From positions 64,001 through 128,000 of the forward strand of contig CAWDEM010000008.1 of assembly GCA_963801355.1 (NCBI GenBank): DNA of 64,000 nt, given 5' to 3'. Positions 49,740 through 60,824 of this stretch are shown in pieces (position 1 is the first letter of the stretch; each line of letters starts with the position of its first letter). Position numbers and translations under genes: made by a program. Source of the DNA: Ignavibacteriota bacterium. GTDB lineage: Bacteria; Bacteroidota; Ignavibacteria; UBA10030; UBA6906. A model generated the notes under the pieces. It worked only from the letters and a program-made list of their open reading frames with translations. It was not told where the DNA came from and made no database searches.

Positions 49740-52700
49740 ATGTGCATCAAGGGCATCCCGCTTTTCCTACTCCCCGTTTTGTCTCTGTGTTTCTTTTCTA
49801 ATACGAGGGCAGCACAAATGCAGACAATCGTCTCACAGGTCAGCGTCAACCAGTTGCGATGTGAAGGCTTGTCCGATCCCCAGGGCATCGATGTGACGAC
49901 ACCACGCCTCAGCTGGATACTGGAATCCGACGAGCGAAGCCAGAAGCAGACGGCGTATCAGATACTTGTCGCTTCATCACCGGAACTCCTGCGAAAGGCC
50001 GAGAGTGACCGATGGAATTCCGGAAAAGTCCGGTCGGGGCAGTCCATTCAGGTCACCTACAAGGGCGCGCCACTGGCATCGGGAATGCCCTACTACTGGA
50101 TGGTGCGGATCTGGGACCGCAAAGGAAAGCCGTCACACTGGAGCCCTGTTGCGGAGTGGACGATGGGATTATTGAAGGAGAATGATTGGAAGGGGAAATG
50201 GATCGGTCTGGATGGGGTGGACACAACATACCACCTCGCGAGCACCAGCTGGATCTGGTACCCGGGCGGGCAACCGGAAAAGGCGGCACCCCTGGGGACG
50301 CGGTACTTTCGCCGTACGATCGTGATCCCTGAAGGCCGCACGGTGCAACGCGCACTCCTGTACGCCACGGCGGATGACTACGCGGAGTTCTTTTTGAATG
50401 ACGTACCCATCTGCACGACAACGAGCCATCGCCTTATCGCCGAGCTGAGAAACGTGCCGGGTGTCCGCACGGGGAAGAATGTTCTGGCGGTATCTGTGCG
50501 CAATCTCCCCATTCCCAATGAAGGGGACCGCCCAAATCCTGCGGGCCTCGTCGGGATGTTCGAAATCCGGTTCACGGACGGGACTTCCTTGCTCATTCCG
50601 ACCGACTCATTGTGGAAGACAGCCGACACGGCGACAGCGGGGTGGCAAATGGTGGAATTCGATGACGCGCACTGGGTAACCGCTCAGACGCTCGGTCCTG
50701 TGGGGATGCCTCCCTGGGGGAAGAAAAGCGGTGTGGCAAACAGGCGTCTCGCGGCACGATGGCTGCGGAAAGAGTTCACCCTTGACAGGCCCATCCGCAG
50801 GGCAACGGTGTACATGAGCGGCCTGGGATTGTCTGAACTGCACATCAACGGAAAGAAGATCGGCGATCACGTGCTTTCGCCTGCGTTGAGCGAATATCCC
50901 AAACGGGTGTTCTATGTGACGCATGATGTGTCGGGGGCTCTCGCTCCGGGGCGAAATACGCTCGGCGTCATTCTCGGCAACGGCAGGTACTATGCACCGA
51001 GACTGGGCTCGCCGACTGTCACGCAAACCTATGGCTATCCCAAACTGCTCCTGCAACTGCGGATCGAGAACGAAGATGGTACGACCGGGGATGTGGTGAG
51101 TGACGAATCGTGGAGGTTGAGCACGGATGGCCCCATCATCGCCAATAACGAATACGACGGCGAGGAATACGACGCGAGGAAAGAATTTGAAGGCTGGTCA
51201 TCCTCCGGGTTCAACGACGGAACCTGGCAGGTTCCCGCGATCGTTTCGCCGCCAGGCGGGGTGCTGAGTGCCCAGATGATCAGACCAATCCGGGTGGTTG
51301 AGACCCTGAAGCCGGTCTCGGTCAAAGAGCAGCGCCCGGGGGCGTTTATTTTTGACATGGGGCAGAACGTGGTCGGATGGTGCCGTCTCCGCGTACAGGG
51401 TGCGCGCGGATCGCAAATTTCCCTCCGTCACGCAGAGACCCTCAAGCCCGATGGAGAGCTGTACCTGGACAACATCCGGGGAGCAAAGGTAACCGATCTG
51501 TACACGCTGAAAGGCGAAGGAGAGGAAGTCTTCGAGCCTCGATTCACGTATCACGGTTTCCGGTTCGTGGAGATGACTGGATTTTCGGGCCGGCCGGAGA
51601 TCTCGGCGATCGAAGGCCGGGTCGTGAACGATGACGTTGAAACGGCCGGAGCATTCACGTGTTCACATCCGGTCATCAATAGAACCTACCGCAGTGTTGT
51701 GAGGGGCGTCCAGGGCAACTACAGAAGCATACCCACGGATTGCCCGCAGCGGGATGAACGGCAGGGATGGCTCGGCGATCGATCCGCTGAGTCCCGGGGT
51801 GAGTCATACCTTTTTGACATCGGAGCGTTGTATGCCAAATGGACGCAGGATATGGCCGACGCACAGAAACCGAACGGGAGCGTGAGCGATGTGTGTCCCG
51901 CGTACTGGCCCCTCTACAATGACAATGTCACGTGGCCGAGCAGCACGGTGATCATCCCCGGCGCGCTGTACGATCAGTATGCCGACACAGCGTTGATCCG
52001 CCGTCACTATCCGAGCATGGTGAAGTGGATCGATCACATGAGTGCCTACATCAAGGACGGGGTCATCGAGAAGGACACCTATGGCGACTGGTGCGTACCC
52101 CCGGAAAGTCCGGAATTGATCCACTCGAAGGATCCTCTCCGCAAGACTGCTCCCGGGATTCTCTCAACGAGCTACTTCTACCATGATCTTCAGCTGATGA
52201 CGCGGTTTGCAACGATCACCGGGAACGCACCCGATGCGAAGCGCTTTGCGGCACTGGCACGCAGTCTGAAGGAGGGTCTCCACCGGCGGTACTACAACGA
52301 TTCGCTCGGGTTCTATGACAACGGCTCGCAGACCTCCTGTGTCCTGCCGCTGGCATTCGGCATGGTCCCGTCGCACCTGCGCTCGAAGGTGTTCGCACGG
52401 CTTGTCTGGAAAATCGCCGAGGAGTCCAAAGGGCACATCGGAACGGGTCTGGTTGGCGGGCAGTGGCTCAACGGGGTCCTCACTGATTATGACCGGGCCG
52501 ACCTATCCTTCCGGTTCGCCACGAACACCACGTACCCGAGCTGGGGGTATATGATGGAGAAGGGGGCGACGACGGTGTGGGAGTTGTGGAACGGCGACAG
52601 CGCTGATCCCGCGATGAATTCGGGAAACCATGTCATGCTTGTAGGAGATCTGGTGGTCTGGTTATACGAGCGCGTTGCCGGCATCAGGGCGGATTCCGCG

Positions 52701-53021
52701 CGACCGGGCTTCAAACACGTGCTCATGCGCCCGACGCCGGTAGCCGGTTTGGATTTCGTGCGGGCGGCGCACAAGACGCCCCACGGCCGCATCGAGAGCG
52801 AATGGACGAACCACGCAGGCCGTTTCGACTGGAACATCCGTGTGCCGGTGAACACGACAGCAACGGTGTTCATCCCGGCAACGAGCCTCAAGAGCATCAC
52901 TGAGAGCGGCACACCCGTCAGAAAGGCAGCAGGCGTGCGATATTTGCGGACCGAAGACTCTTCCGCGGTTTTCGCGGTCGAATCCGGCACATATCATTTT
53001 TCGGCTGTTCTTCCGCAGTGA
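49740..53021 (+). CDS. GH78 alpha-L-rhamnosidase, secreted
   Basis: 'PRLSW', 'DMGQN', 'FTYHGFR', 'PTDCPQRDERQGWLGD', 'GATTVWELW', 'NSGNH'; signal peptide from ATG 49740. Confidence 0.93.
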   Translation: MCIKGIPLFLLPVLSLCFFSNTRAAQMQTIVSQVSVNQLRCEGLSDPQGIDVTTPRLSWILESDERSQKQTAYQILVASSPELLRKAESDRWNSGKVRSGQSIQVTYKGAPLASGMPYYWMVRIWDRKGKPSHWSPVAEWTMGLLKENDWKGKWIGLDGVDTTYHLASTSWIWYPGGQPEKAAPLGTRYFRRTIVIPEGRTVQRALLYATADDYAEFFLNDVPICTTTSHRLIAELRNVPGVRTGKNVLAVSVRNLPIPNEGDRPNPAGLVGMFEIRFTDGTSLLIPTDSLWKTADTATAGWQMVEFDDAHWVTAQTLGPVGMPPWGKKSGVANRRLAARWLRKEFTLDRPIRRATVYMSGLGLSELHINGKKIGDHVLSPALSEYPKRVFYVTHDVSGALAPGRNTLGVILGNGRYYAPRLGSPTVTQTYGYPKLLLQLRIENEDGTTGDVVSDESWRLSTDGPIIANNEYDGEEYDARKEFEGWSSSGFNDGTWQVPAIVSPPGGVLSAQMIRPIRVVETLKPVSVKEQRPGAFIFDMGQNVVGWCRLRVQGARGSQISLRHAETLKPDGELYLDNIRGAKVTDLYTLKGEGEEVFEPRFTYHGFRFVEMTGFSGRPEISAIEGRVVNDDVETAGAFTCSHPVINRTYRSVVRGVQGNYRSIPTDCPQRDERQGWLGDRSAESRGESYLFDIGALYAKWTQDMADAQKPNGSVSDVCPAYWPLYNDNVTWPSSTVIIPGALYDQYADTALIRRHYPSMVKWIDHMSAYIKDGVIEKDTYGDWCVPPESPELIHSKDPLRKTAPGILSTSYFYHDLQLMTRFATITGNAPDAKRFAALARSLKEGLHRRYYNDSLGFYDNGSQTSCVLPLAFGMVPSHLRSKVFARLVWKIAEESKGHIGTGLVGGQWLNGVLTDYDRADLSFRFATNTTYPSWGYMMEKGATTVWELWNGDSADPAMNSGNHVMLVGDLVVWLYERVAGIRADSARPGFKHVLMRPTPVAGLDFVRAAHKTPHGRIESEWTNHAGRFDWNIRVPVNTTATVFIPATSLKSITESGTPVRKAAGVRYLRTEDSSAVFAVESGTYHFSAVLPQ

Positions 53022-53063
53022 CAGCCATACACGACATCCCCATCTCAACAGGTGTCAAGCGCA

Positions 53064-54131
53064 ATGGTCTCCAATCCCTTTCTCGGCGTGTTCTTTCACT
53101 GGCTTGGCGGACTTGCCGCTGGTAGTTTCTACGCTCCGTATCGAGCGGTGCGGCAGTGGTCGTGGGAAGTGTACTGGCTTGTCGGAGGGGTGTTCAGCTG
53201 GATTGTCGCGCCGTGGATTATGGCTTCTGTCAACACGAACGAGTTGATCGCGACACTGAGTGAGGCGCCGCGGTCCAGCATCCTCTGGGCCTATTTCTGG
53301 GGAGTCCTGTGGGGTGTGGGGGGGTTGACATTCGGATTGACGATGCGCTACCTCGGCCTCTCGCTTGGCATGGGCGTAGCCCTGGGATACTGTGCCGCCT
53401 TCGGTACGTTGATCCCTCCGATATTCCACGGGGAATTCGTCAGCAAAGTCCTGGGCACGACTTCGGGACTGGTCATTCTTCTGGGCGTGGTGGTCTGTCT
53501 TGCAGGCATTGCGATTGCCGGCCTGGCGGGGAGGTCCAAGGAGAAGGAGATGACCGATGAGCAGAAGAAGGCCACGATCCGTGAATTCAACTTCAGCAAG
53601 GGGATTCTTGTCGGCACAGTTTCGGGTATCCTGAGCGCCTGCATGGCTTACGGGCTGGATGCCGCCGCCCCGATCTCGGAGATTTCGGCCCGGTACGGCA
53701 CATCGGCGCTCTGGACTGGTCTGCCGAAACTCTGCATCGTGTTGCTTGGCGGGTTCACGACGAATTTCATCTGGTGTGTGTTCTTGAACATCCGGAACCG
53801 GACGGGCCGTCAGTACTTCAGCGCCGGCGGTGCCGAACGGGTTCCGATGCTTCGCAACTATTTCTTCAGTGCGCTTGCCGGAGTTGTCTGGTACATGCAG
53901 TTTTTCTTTTACACGATGGGCGAAACGCAGATGGGCGAGTACAAGTTCTCAAGCTGGACCGTCCACATGGCGAGCATAATCATCTTCAGTTCGCTCTGGG
54001 GGATCGCACTGAAGGAATGGGCGGGGAGCAGCCGATCCACCAAGAGAACCCTTGCGCTCGGATTGGCGACTCTTGTGTTCTCGACGATGGTTGTCGGTTA
54101 CGGAAACTTCCTGGGTGCGGGTGCACGGTGA
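53064..54131 (+). CDS. rhaT: L-rhamnose/H+ symporter
   Basis: 'G..FHWLG...AGSFY.P...V..WSWE.YW.VGG.FSW', 'GLTMRYLG.S.G', 'WY.QFFFY.MG', 'SW..HM'. Confidence 0.92.
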   Translation: MVSNPFLGVFFHWLGGLAAGSFYAPYRAVRQWSWEVYWLVGGVFSWIVAPWIMASVNTNELIATLSEAPRSSILWAYFWGVLWGVGGLTFGLTMRYLGLSLGMGVALGYCAAFGTLIPPIFHGEFVSKVLGTTSGLVILLGVVVCLAGIAIAGLAGRSKEKEMTDEQKKATIREFNFSKGILVGTVSGILSACMAYGLDAAAPISEISARYGTSALWTGLPKLCIVLLGGFTTNFIWCVFLNIRNRTGRQYFSAGGAERVPMLRNYFFSALAGVVWYMQFFFYTMGETQMGEYKFSSWTVHMASIIIFSSLWGIALKEWAGSSRSTKRTLALGLATLVFSTMVVGYGNFLGAGAR

Positions 54132-54183
54132 GGGAGCGTGCCAGGGAATCTCTTTCCGGATAATGGTCAGGGAAACGGTAAGC

Positions 54184-54744
54184 ATGGATAGCGGGCTGCT
54201 CAAACTGATCGTGTTTTTCGTGATCTCCTGTTGGCTTGCAGGTATTTCATCGAGGTCATTGCGCGTCGTTCGTTCTCACGGGTTTTTCCGGTTCTTTGCA
54301 TGGGAAGCCATCCTCGCGCTGGTTGTCGTCAACAGTGAAGTCTGGTTCTCCGATCCGTTCTCGATCCGCCAGATCGTCTCATGGGTCTTCTTGCTGATGT
54401 CTCTCATACTGCTGGCACAAGGTCTCTATCTAATACGTGTTGTGGGCAAGCCAGGCAATCAGCGTCAGGATAGCACCTTGCTGTCGTTCGAAAGAACCTC
54501 GCGCCTTGTGACATCCGGCATTTACCAATATATTCGTCATCCCCTGTACGGATCCCTGCTGTTTCTTGCGTGGGGAGCATTTCTTAAGGAAGTAACCTGG
54601 TATTCGGTGTGTCTGGTGGTTGCGGCGACCGTGTTGCTGATCGTGACATCGAAGATCGATGAAGCCGAGTGCGTCCGATACTTCGGCACTGCGTATGAAG
54701 AATACATGAAGAGGACAAAGATGTTCGTTCCGTATCTGTTTTAG
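54184..54744 (+). CDS. ICMT/PEMT-family membrane methyltransferase
   Basis: 'LVTSGIYQYIRHPLY', 'E.....FG.AYEEY..RT..F.P'. Confidence 0.85.
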   Translation: MDSGLLKLIVFFVISCWLAGISSRSLRVVRSHGFFRFFAWEAILALVVVNSEVWFSDPFSIRQIVSWVFLLMSLILLAQGLYLIRVVGKPGNQRQDSTLLSFERTSRLVTSGIYQYIRHPLYGSLLFLAWGAFLKEVTWYSVCLVVAATVLLIVTSKIDEAECVRYFGTAYEEYMKRTKMFVPYLF

Positions 54745-54784
54745 GTGAGTACTGCCTGTTCTACCTTCATGGGAGAATCATTGG

Positions 54785-55342
54785 ATGGAATATCACGGTA
54801 ATCTGACACGGGCGGCTTTCGAGAACGCCCTCACGCCCAGAAGCGTGCAAGTAACCCGGATCATTCAGCTGGCGCTGATGATCGGCGTATGGGTCTACGT
54901 TCTGTGCGTCGTGGTCATCTACTTTGTGTATCAGGACCTGCGTGCCGACGCATACGCGGTAAACATGATCTCGATGATGACGCTCATTCACCTGGCCTTT
55001 CTCGGCGGTGCCCTGGTCCTGGGTCAGCTGCTCTTTCTTCGCATCTTCTCCCCGCGAGGTTTGCCGGCAGCCTTTCCGGAAGCCGATACCGACAAATTGG
55101 CGGCACAGGTCGTGTCGCGGCAACATGTGGCCATTATTGCACGGCTTGCGGCAATGGAAGGAGCTGCGTTCTTCGGTCTTGCCATCTGTACCCTGGGTGC
55201 CGTCAACGGAACTCTCCAGACGGCACCTCTGTACTGGGTCAATATGCTGTCCACACTCCTGCTCCTGGTCTTCGGCGTAGTCACGTTCCCGACGCAGGAA
55301 CGATTGGTCGGTTGGTTCGAAAAGAACTTTACACCGTCGTGA
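54785..55342 (+). CDS. Hypothetical 4-TM membrane protein
   Basis: Four hydrophobic segments; co-oriented, with 40-54 bp gaps to neighbours. Confidence 0.75.
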   Translation: MEYHGNLTRAAFENALTPRSVQVTRIIQLALMIGVWVYVLCVVVIYFVYQDLRADAYAVNMISMMTLIHLAFLGGALVLGQLLFLRIFSPRGLPAAFPEADTDKLAAQVVSRQHVAIIARLAAMEGAAFFGLAICTLGAVNGTLQTAPLYWVNMLSTLLLLVFGVVTFPTQERLVGWFEKNFTPS

Positions 55343-55396
55343 ACGTCGCCGGTCACGACACTCAGAGGCTTCGGCAATAGGGGATATTCTTTACGC

Positions 55397-56446
55397 ATGG
55401 ACCACCGCACGAATGTGTTGAAGGCAATCCGGTTCGAGAACCCTGAGTATGTTCCCATGGTGTTCCACATCAACGCTGCATGCTGGCATCACTATGATCA
55501 TGCGCCGTTACAGGACCTGATGGAAGCGCACCGGTTTCTGTTCCCGAACTTCAGGCGACAGGAAACCGTGGAGCCGCACTACACGCTGAACGAACGAAAA
55601 GACGAGCCGTACACGGACCCGTGGGGGTGTGTGTGGCAAACGATGGATGACGGCATCACCGGAACCGTCCGGGAACACCCCCTTGCAGACTGGTCCAGGT
55701 TCAGTGCATACCGGCCTCCCGATCCGAGCACCACGGACGGCATCTTCCCTCTGGATTGGACCGCCCTTCGTGAACAGGTTGAGGGACGGAAGACTCGCGG
55801 GGAGCTGGTCATTGGCGAGCTGCCGCACGGGCACACCTTCATGCGCCTCATGGACATCAGGGGGTACGAAAACCTCGTTTTCGACATGATGGATAGGGAC
55901 CCACGGTTGACGGCATTACTCGGGATGCTGGAAGAGTTCAATCTTGCGTGTGTCATGCGATGGCTGTCATTGGATCCGGACATCATGGCGTATCCGGAAG
56001 ACCTTGGCATGCAGCTTGGCCCCATGTTGTCCCCGGACAACTTTCGGGAATACATCAGGCCGGTCTATCAGCGGCTCATGAGACCCGCGCGCGACAGGGG
56101 ATGCGTCGTGCATATGCACTCGGACGGAGACATCCGCACGCTCGTTGACGATCTGATCGGGGGAGGTGTGGATGTGCTTAACCTGCAGGATACGGTGAAC
56201 GGCATAGAATGGATTGCCGGCCGGTTGGCCGGCCGGCTGTGTATTGAACTGGATATCGACCGGCAATATGTCACCGCGCGGGGGACACCACGTCAGATCG
56301 ATGAGCTCATACGCGAAGAAGTGAGGGCCCTCGCGAGCAAAGAGGGCGGCTTGATGATGATTTACGGTCTCTATCCCGGTGTGCCACTGGAAAACGTACG
56401 GGCGCTCATGGATGCGATGGAGAAGTACGCCCTGTATTATTCCTGA
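55397..56446 (+). CDS. UroD/MtaA-CmuA superfamily protein
   Basis: 'YTDPWGCVW', 'RGYEN...D', 'EDLG.Q..PMLSP..FREYI.P.Y', 'HMHSDG', 'P.VPLENV.A'. Confidence 0.85.
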   Translation: MDHRTNVLKAIRFENPEYVPMVFHINAACWHHYDHAPLQDLMEAHRFLFPNFRRQETVEPHYTLNERKDEPYTDPWGCVWQTMDDGITGTVREHPLADWSRFSAYRPPDPSTTDGIFPLDWTALREQVEGRKTRGELVIGELPHGHTFMRLMDIRGYENLVFDMMDRDPRLTALLGMLEEFNLACVMRWLSLDPDIMAYPEDLGMQLGPMLSPDNFREYIRPVYQRLMRPARDRGCVVHMHSDGDIRTLVDDLIGGGVDVLNLQDTVNGIEWIAGRLAGRLCIELDIDRQYVTARGTPRQIDELIREEVRALASKEGGLMMIYGLYPGVPLENVRALMDAMEKYALYYS

Positions 56447-56520
56447 GTTGTATATCCCGGGAAATTTGTTTTTTATGATTCATTCAGATATTCACACGCA
56501 CAGACATCCACGGATCATCC

Positions 56521-57390
56521 ATGAAAATCCAAAAAGCCATCATCACCGCGGCGGGGAAGGGCCAGCGCCAGCTTCCCCTGCAGACACTGATTGACCGCGA
56601 CGGCCAGCAGAAGGCGGTGCTGAGCGTGATCATCGATGAGGTGGTGAGGGCCGGCATCAACGACACCTGCATAGTCATTCATCCCGACGATGAGTCCGCC
56701 TTTCGTTCCGTAGCCGGTGACCATGTGCGGCACCTTTCCTTTGTCTATCAGGAAGAGCCGCGGGGATACGGGCATGCCGTTTGGTGTGCCCGGGAGTTTG
56801 CAGGCAAGGAGCCCTTTCTGCACCTGATCGGGGATCACCTGTACGTGAACCGGCGAGACAAGGGGTGTGCACAGCGCGTTGTCGAAACCGCCGAAGCGCA
56901 ATCGTGCGCAGTGTCAGCGGTGCAGGCAACCCGGGAGGGCCTGCTGCCGAATTTCGGAGCGGTGAGCGGCAAGAGGATGCATGGCAGGAACGATCTGTAC
57001 TCGATTGATACCGTCATTGAAAAACCTACCCCCACGGAAGCCGAGCAGCGGTTACTGGTTCCGGGTCTCCGCGCGGGCTATTACCTCTGCTTTTTCGGCA
57101 TCCACGTATTGACCCCCACGGTGATGGAGATCCTCGATCATCAGCTCAAACAGCATGCGGATCACCGGCTCGGGACAATCTCGGATGCGCTTCACCAGAT
57201 GGCGCAGAGGGAGAAGTACCTGGCGCTGGAAATGAACGACTACCGGTACAACGTCGGGATCAAGTACGGCCTGCTGAACGCGCAGCTTGCGCTTGCGCTG
57301 ATCGGGGAGGACCGCGACGAGGTCCTGTCCATGCTCATGGAGCTGCTTCTGCTTCGCGAGCGTTATGCCGGCGAGAGGAACCAGGCATGA
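56521..57390 (+). CDS. Sugar-phosphate nucleotidyltransferase (GalU/RmlA-like)
   Basis: '[12 protein letters not shown]', '[10 protein letters not shown]', 'GDH', 'VIEKP'; ATGA overlap with next gene. Confidence 0.88.
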   Translation: MKIQKAIITAAGKGQRQLPLQTLIDRDGQQKAVLSVIIDEVVRAGINDTCIVIHPDDESAFRSVAGDHVRHLSFVYQEEPRGYGHAVWCAREFAGKEPFLHLIGDHLYVNRRDKGCAQRVVETAEAQSCAVSAVQATREGLLPNFGAVSGKRMHGRNDLYSIDTVIEKPTPTEAEQRLLVPGLRAGYYLCFFGIHVLTPTVMEILDHQLKQHADHRLGTISDALHQMAQREKYLALEMNDYRYNVGIKYGLLNAQLALALIGEDRDEVLSMLMELLLLRERYAGERNQA

Positions 57391-60300
57391 GTGCGTTAAC
57401 TGCCATCATCACCACTGAAGACCGGCGGGTGCGCGATCAGGCCCTGGATGCCTTTTGCCGGTCAGCCTCGCTGGAGCAGCTGCTCGACGAATGCAGCGCT
57501 CTTGAGGATTTCCGCCAGACCGCCACGAACCTCTACGAACAGGTCCGGGCACTTTTCTTTCTGTACGCCATTCACCGCTTTCACATTCCCGTGAAACCCG
57601 GGCTGCCCCTCCGCGGGTTGATCCCGTTCAACGGTTACAATGATCTCCTGCACCGCCGCTTTGAAGAGGCCATACAGCAGTTCCTCGCGATACAGTCGGC
57701 AACCGGCCCGTGTGACGGCATCTCGAGCGCCCTGGCTTCTGCATACCGCAGTCTCGGCTTCCAGACGCTTGCCAACCAGGTTCGCGCAAGCGTGCGTGCC
57801 GTGCGGGGGAACCGGTGGATGTTTAGAGCCGGTCATCCGTCAGACCACCCCTTGCGCGTTGTCGCACCCTTAACGAGGAAATCTGACGGCCTCTTTCCTC
57901 TTCTGCATGAATGCACCCCTGTCAGGATGGATTTCTCGCACAGCGGATGGAGTGACATCTTTTTTCTCGGCATGGACTACCCGGAAGGTGCACGTGTCCT
58001 GAATGTCTCCATTGACCTCGCTGTCAGGGAGCACGAAGGGGGGCAGGACGGGGAGCAGAACCCCCGCCCTCCGGTCGAGGCCTATTTCCGGATCATCGAT
58101 ACTCCGGTGATCCGGCTTGCGAGTGCGGATCTCGGTGCGGTCACCGAAGTGACGTCTTTTACGCAGCTCTTTGACTATGCCGCCGACTATCTGGGTCTGC
58201 TGAAAGGAGCGGTCATTGCATCGGGTATCGTCCCTCCGGGCATGGAGGGTGCCAATCAGCCGCTTGCGGATCTTCTGGCGCGATTGATCGGGCCCGGGCT
58301 GGGCATTGAAATCGTCAGCCAGGTGAACGGCATCCCTAAAGGGTCGCGTCTTGCCGTGTCGACCACGCTGCTCGCTTCGATTATCACCGTCTGCATGCGC
58401 GCCACCGGACAAATCTCATCCCTCACGGGCACCATGACCGAGGATGAGCGGCGTACCGTCGCGGCGCGGGCAATTCTGGGTGAATGGCTGAGCGGTTCGG
58501 GCGGCGGCTGGCAGGATTCCGGGGGAGTCTGGCCCGGCATCAAGCTTATCCAGGGAGTGTGCAGTCAGGAAGGCGACATCGAGTTCGGTGTCAGCCGCGG
58601 ATGCTTGTTGCCCCGCCACACGATTCTCCTCAACGACGATGTCTCCGGGCAGACACGGAGGCTTTTGCAGGAGAGCCTCATACTGGTGCATGGAGGTATG
58701 GCGCAGGATGTCGGGCCCATTCTGGAAATGGTGACAGAACGGTACCTGCTCCGCTCGGAAAAGGAATGGCTCGGCCGGCAGCAGGCGCTGACGCTCTTCG
58801 ATCAGATCGTGTCACAGCTGCGGGGCGGAGACATTCGTGCGCTGGGGAAGTCCACCCACCAGAACTTCGTCGGCCCGATTCAGACTGTCATCCCGTGGGC
58901 CACCAACCTCTATACCGAATCGATCATAGCGGATGTCACGGCAGAGTTCGGCAAGGATTTCTGGGGGTTCTGGATGCTAGGAGGCATGTCAGGCGGCGGC
59001 ATGGGTTTCCTTTTCGAACCATCGCGCAGGAGTCAGGCGCAAACACGTTTGCGGGAGATCATGGGGGCGCACAAGAAGCGCCTCGAGCACGGTATACCGT
59101 TTGCGATGGAGCCTGTTGTCTACGAGTTTGCCGTCAACGAACAGGGGTCGTCGTCGGAGCTGCTGTGCGGCGGAGCGGCCGTGCTTCCGCGGCACTATTA
59201 TGCCCTCACCGTGCCATCACTCCTGCGCAAGGATCCGCGGAGTATCTCCATCGACCAACGGAACGAACTGGAGCATTTTTCCTCCGCCTGCAGAACACAT
59301 CCGCTCCTGGAGGGGATGCTCGAGCAGATTTTCGACAGGATCCTGCCTGAAGGCGTGACCCAGGCCCATCACGGGCAGACCTTGCCGGAGTTGCTCAAGA
59401 AGTATGGTTTCGATGCAGTGCAACACGAACAAATGAGAGCAGATCTGCGGAATGGCTTCATCGGTCTAGCCCAGAACCGGCTGCCCGTCAACACGACAAT
59501 CGTGGATGTGGAGGAAGGCGACGTCGACGAAATCACCCGAGGTACCTCGCCACGGTATGAATCCACCGGGTCCCATGCCATCGCGGAAGGGACAGTGGGA
59601 GTCCTAACGCTGGCAGCGGGTGCCGGAAGTCGCTGGACGAAGGGGGCGGGGACCGTGAAAGCACTGAACCCGTTTTGCCGCATCGGCAGCGCTCACAGGA
59701 CCTTCATTGAAACGCACCTGGCGAAAAGCAGCCTCTCCATGAAACGGTTCAAGACTGTCATTCCGCACATCGTCTCCACGGGCTATCTCACGCACGATGC
59801 CATCACACAGTATCTCGACCGGGTGGCAAACCACGGTTACGCTGGCGATGTGCACCTTTCACCGGGAGGCATCATCGGGTTGCGGCTGATTCCCACGCTG
59901 CGGGACCTTCGCTATGCATGGCACGAAATGCCTCAGCAGCTGCTCGACGAACAGGCACAAAAGGTGCAGGAGAGCCTCCGTTCCTCGTTGATGGACTGGG
60001 CGGAACGGAGCGGTGAGGCGAGTGACTACACCGACAATCTCCCGATGCAGTGCCTTCATCCGGTCGGACACTGGTACGAGGTTCCCAACCTTCTGCGCAA
60101 CGGGGTCCTGCTGAAGGTCCTCAAGATACATCCAAAACTGAAGCACCTTCTCGTGCACAATATCGACACGATGGGAGCAAACGTCGATCCGGCCATCCTC
60201 GGTCACCACATTGAAAGCAATGCCGGCATGACCGTCGAGGTCATCACGCGGAGACTGGATGACCGGGGTGGAGGATTGGCGAGGACCGACGGGAGGGTGC

Positions 60301-60716
60301 GGCTGATCGAGGGGCTCGCGCTGCCCCGTGAAGAATTCGAGTTCACTTTGTCGTACTACAATTCCGCCACATACTGGATCGATCTAGACCGGATACTTGC
60401 TGTCTTTGGGCTTGTGCGCGATGACCTGCCGGATGTGCCGAAAGTGACAGAAGCCGTACGGACTGTTGCCTCGCGCATGCCGACGTACATCACGCTGAAG
60501 AGTGTCAAGAAGCGTTGGGGGAAAGGACAGGAAGATGTGTACCCCACGCTTCAATATGAGAAGCTCTGGGGTGATATGACAACCCTGCCGGAATTGCGAT
60601 GCTCCTTCATCGTGGTTCCCCGCCAGCGCGGCCAGCAGCTCAAGGAACCAGCACAGATGGATGGCTGGTTGAGGGATGGATCCTCGGAGTACGTGCGGTC
60701 GCTTTGCGACTGGTGA
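57387..60716 (+). CDS. Fusion of a fucokinase-like GHMP kinase and a UDPGP-family UDP-sugar pyrophosphorylase
   Basis: Kinase: '[13 protein letters not shown]', 'PKGSRLAVS', 'GGGWQD', 'LGGMSGGG'. Pyrophosphorylase: 'LAAGAGSRW', 'PVGH', 'HNID', 'GGGL', 'QYEK', 'VPRQR...LK'. Confidence 0.82.
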   Translation: MSALTAIITTEDRRVRDQALDAFCRSASLEQLLDECSALEDFRQTATNLYEQVRALFFLYAIHRFHIPVKPGLPLRGLIPFNGYNDLLHRRFEEAIQQFLAIQSATGPCDGISSALASAYRSLGFQTLANQVRASVRAVRGNRWMFRAGHPSDHPLRVVAPLTRKSDGLFPLLHECTPVRMDFSHSGWSDIFFLGMDYPEGARVLNVSIDLAVREHEGGQDGEQNPRPPVEAYFRIIDTPVIRLASADLGAVTEVTSFTQLFDYAADYLGLLKGAVIASGIVPPGMEGANQPLADLLARLIGPGLGIEIVSQVNGIPKGSRLAVSTTLLASIITVCMRATGQISSLTGTMTEDERRTVAARAILGEWLSGSGGGWQDSGGVWPGIKLIQGVCSQEGDIEFGVSRGCLLPRHTILLNDDVSGQTRRLLQESLILVHGGMAQDVGPILEMVTERYLLRSEKEWLGRQQALTLFDQIVSQLRGGDIRALGKSTHQNFVGPIQTVIPWATNLYTESIIADVTAEFGKDFWGFWMLGGMSGGGMGFLFEPSRRSQAQTRLREIMGAHKKRLEHGIPFAMEPVVYEFAVNEQGSSSELLCGGAAVLPRHYYALTVPSLLRKDPRSISIDQRNELEHFSSACRTHPLLEGMLEQIFDRILPEGVTQAHHGQTLPELLKKYGFDAVQHEQMRADLRNGFIGLAQNRLPVNTTIVDVEEGDVDEITRGTSPRYESTGSHAIAEGTVGVLTLAAGAGSRWTKGAGTVKALNPFCRIGSAHRTFIETHLAKSSLSMKRFKTVIPHIVSTGYLTHDAITQYLDRVANHGYAGDVHLSPGGIIGLRLIPTLRDLRYAWHEMPQQLLDEQAQKVQESLRSSLMDWAERSGEASDYTDNLPMQCLHPVGHWYEVPNLLRNGVLLKVLKIHPKLKHLLVHNIDTMGANVDPAILGHHIESNAGMTVEVITRRLDDRGGGLARTDGRVRLIEGLALPREEFEFTLSYYNSATYWIDLDRILAVFGLVRDDLPDVPKVTEAVRTVASRMPTYITLKSVKKRWGKGQEDVYPTLQYEKLWGDMTTLPELRCSFIVVPRQRGQQLKEPAQMDGWLRDGSSEYVRSLCDW

Positions 60717-60795
60717 CGGAAAGGGTCAAAACGCGACGGAATTGGTGCTCTTTCGGGCCTCCGGGTGCTGTTCGCGTGCAGCCCAGAAAAAAAAC

Positions 60796-60824
60796 TTGAC
60801 TTTGTCGAACCCTCTGCGTACTCT
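60796..60824 (+). promoter_or_regulatory. Sigma70-type promoter
   Basis: A-tract then TTGACT-N17-TACTCT. Confidence 0.55.
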
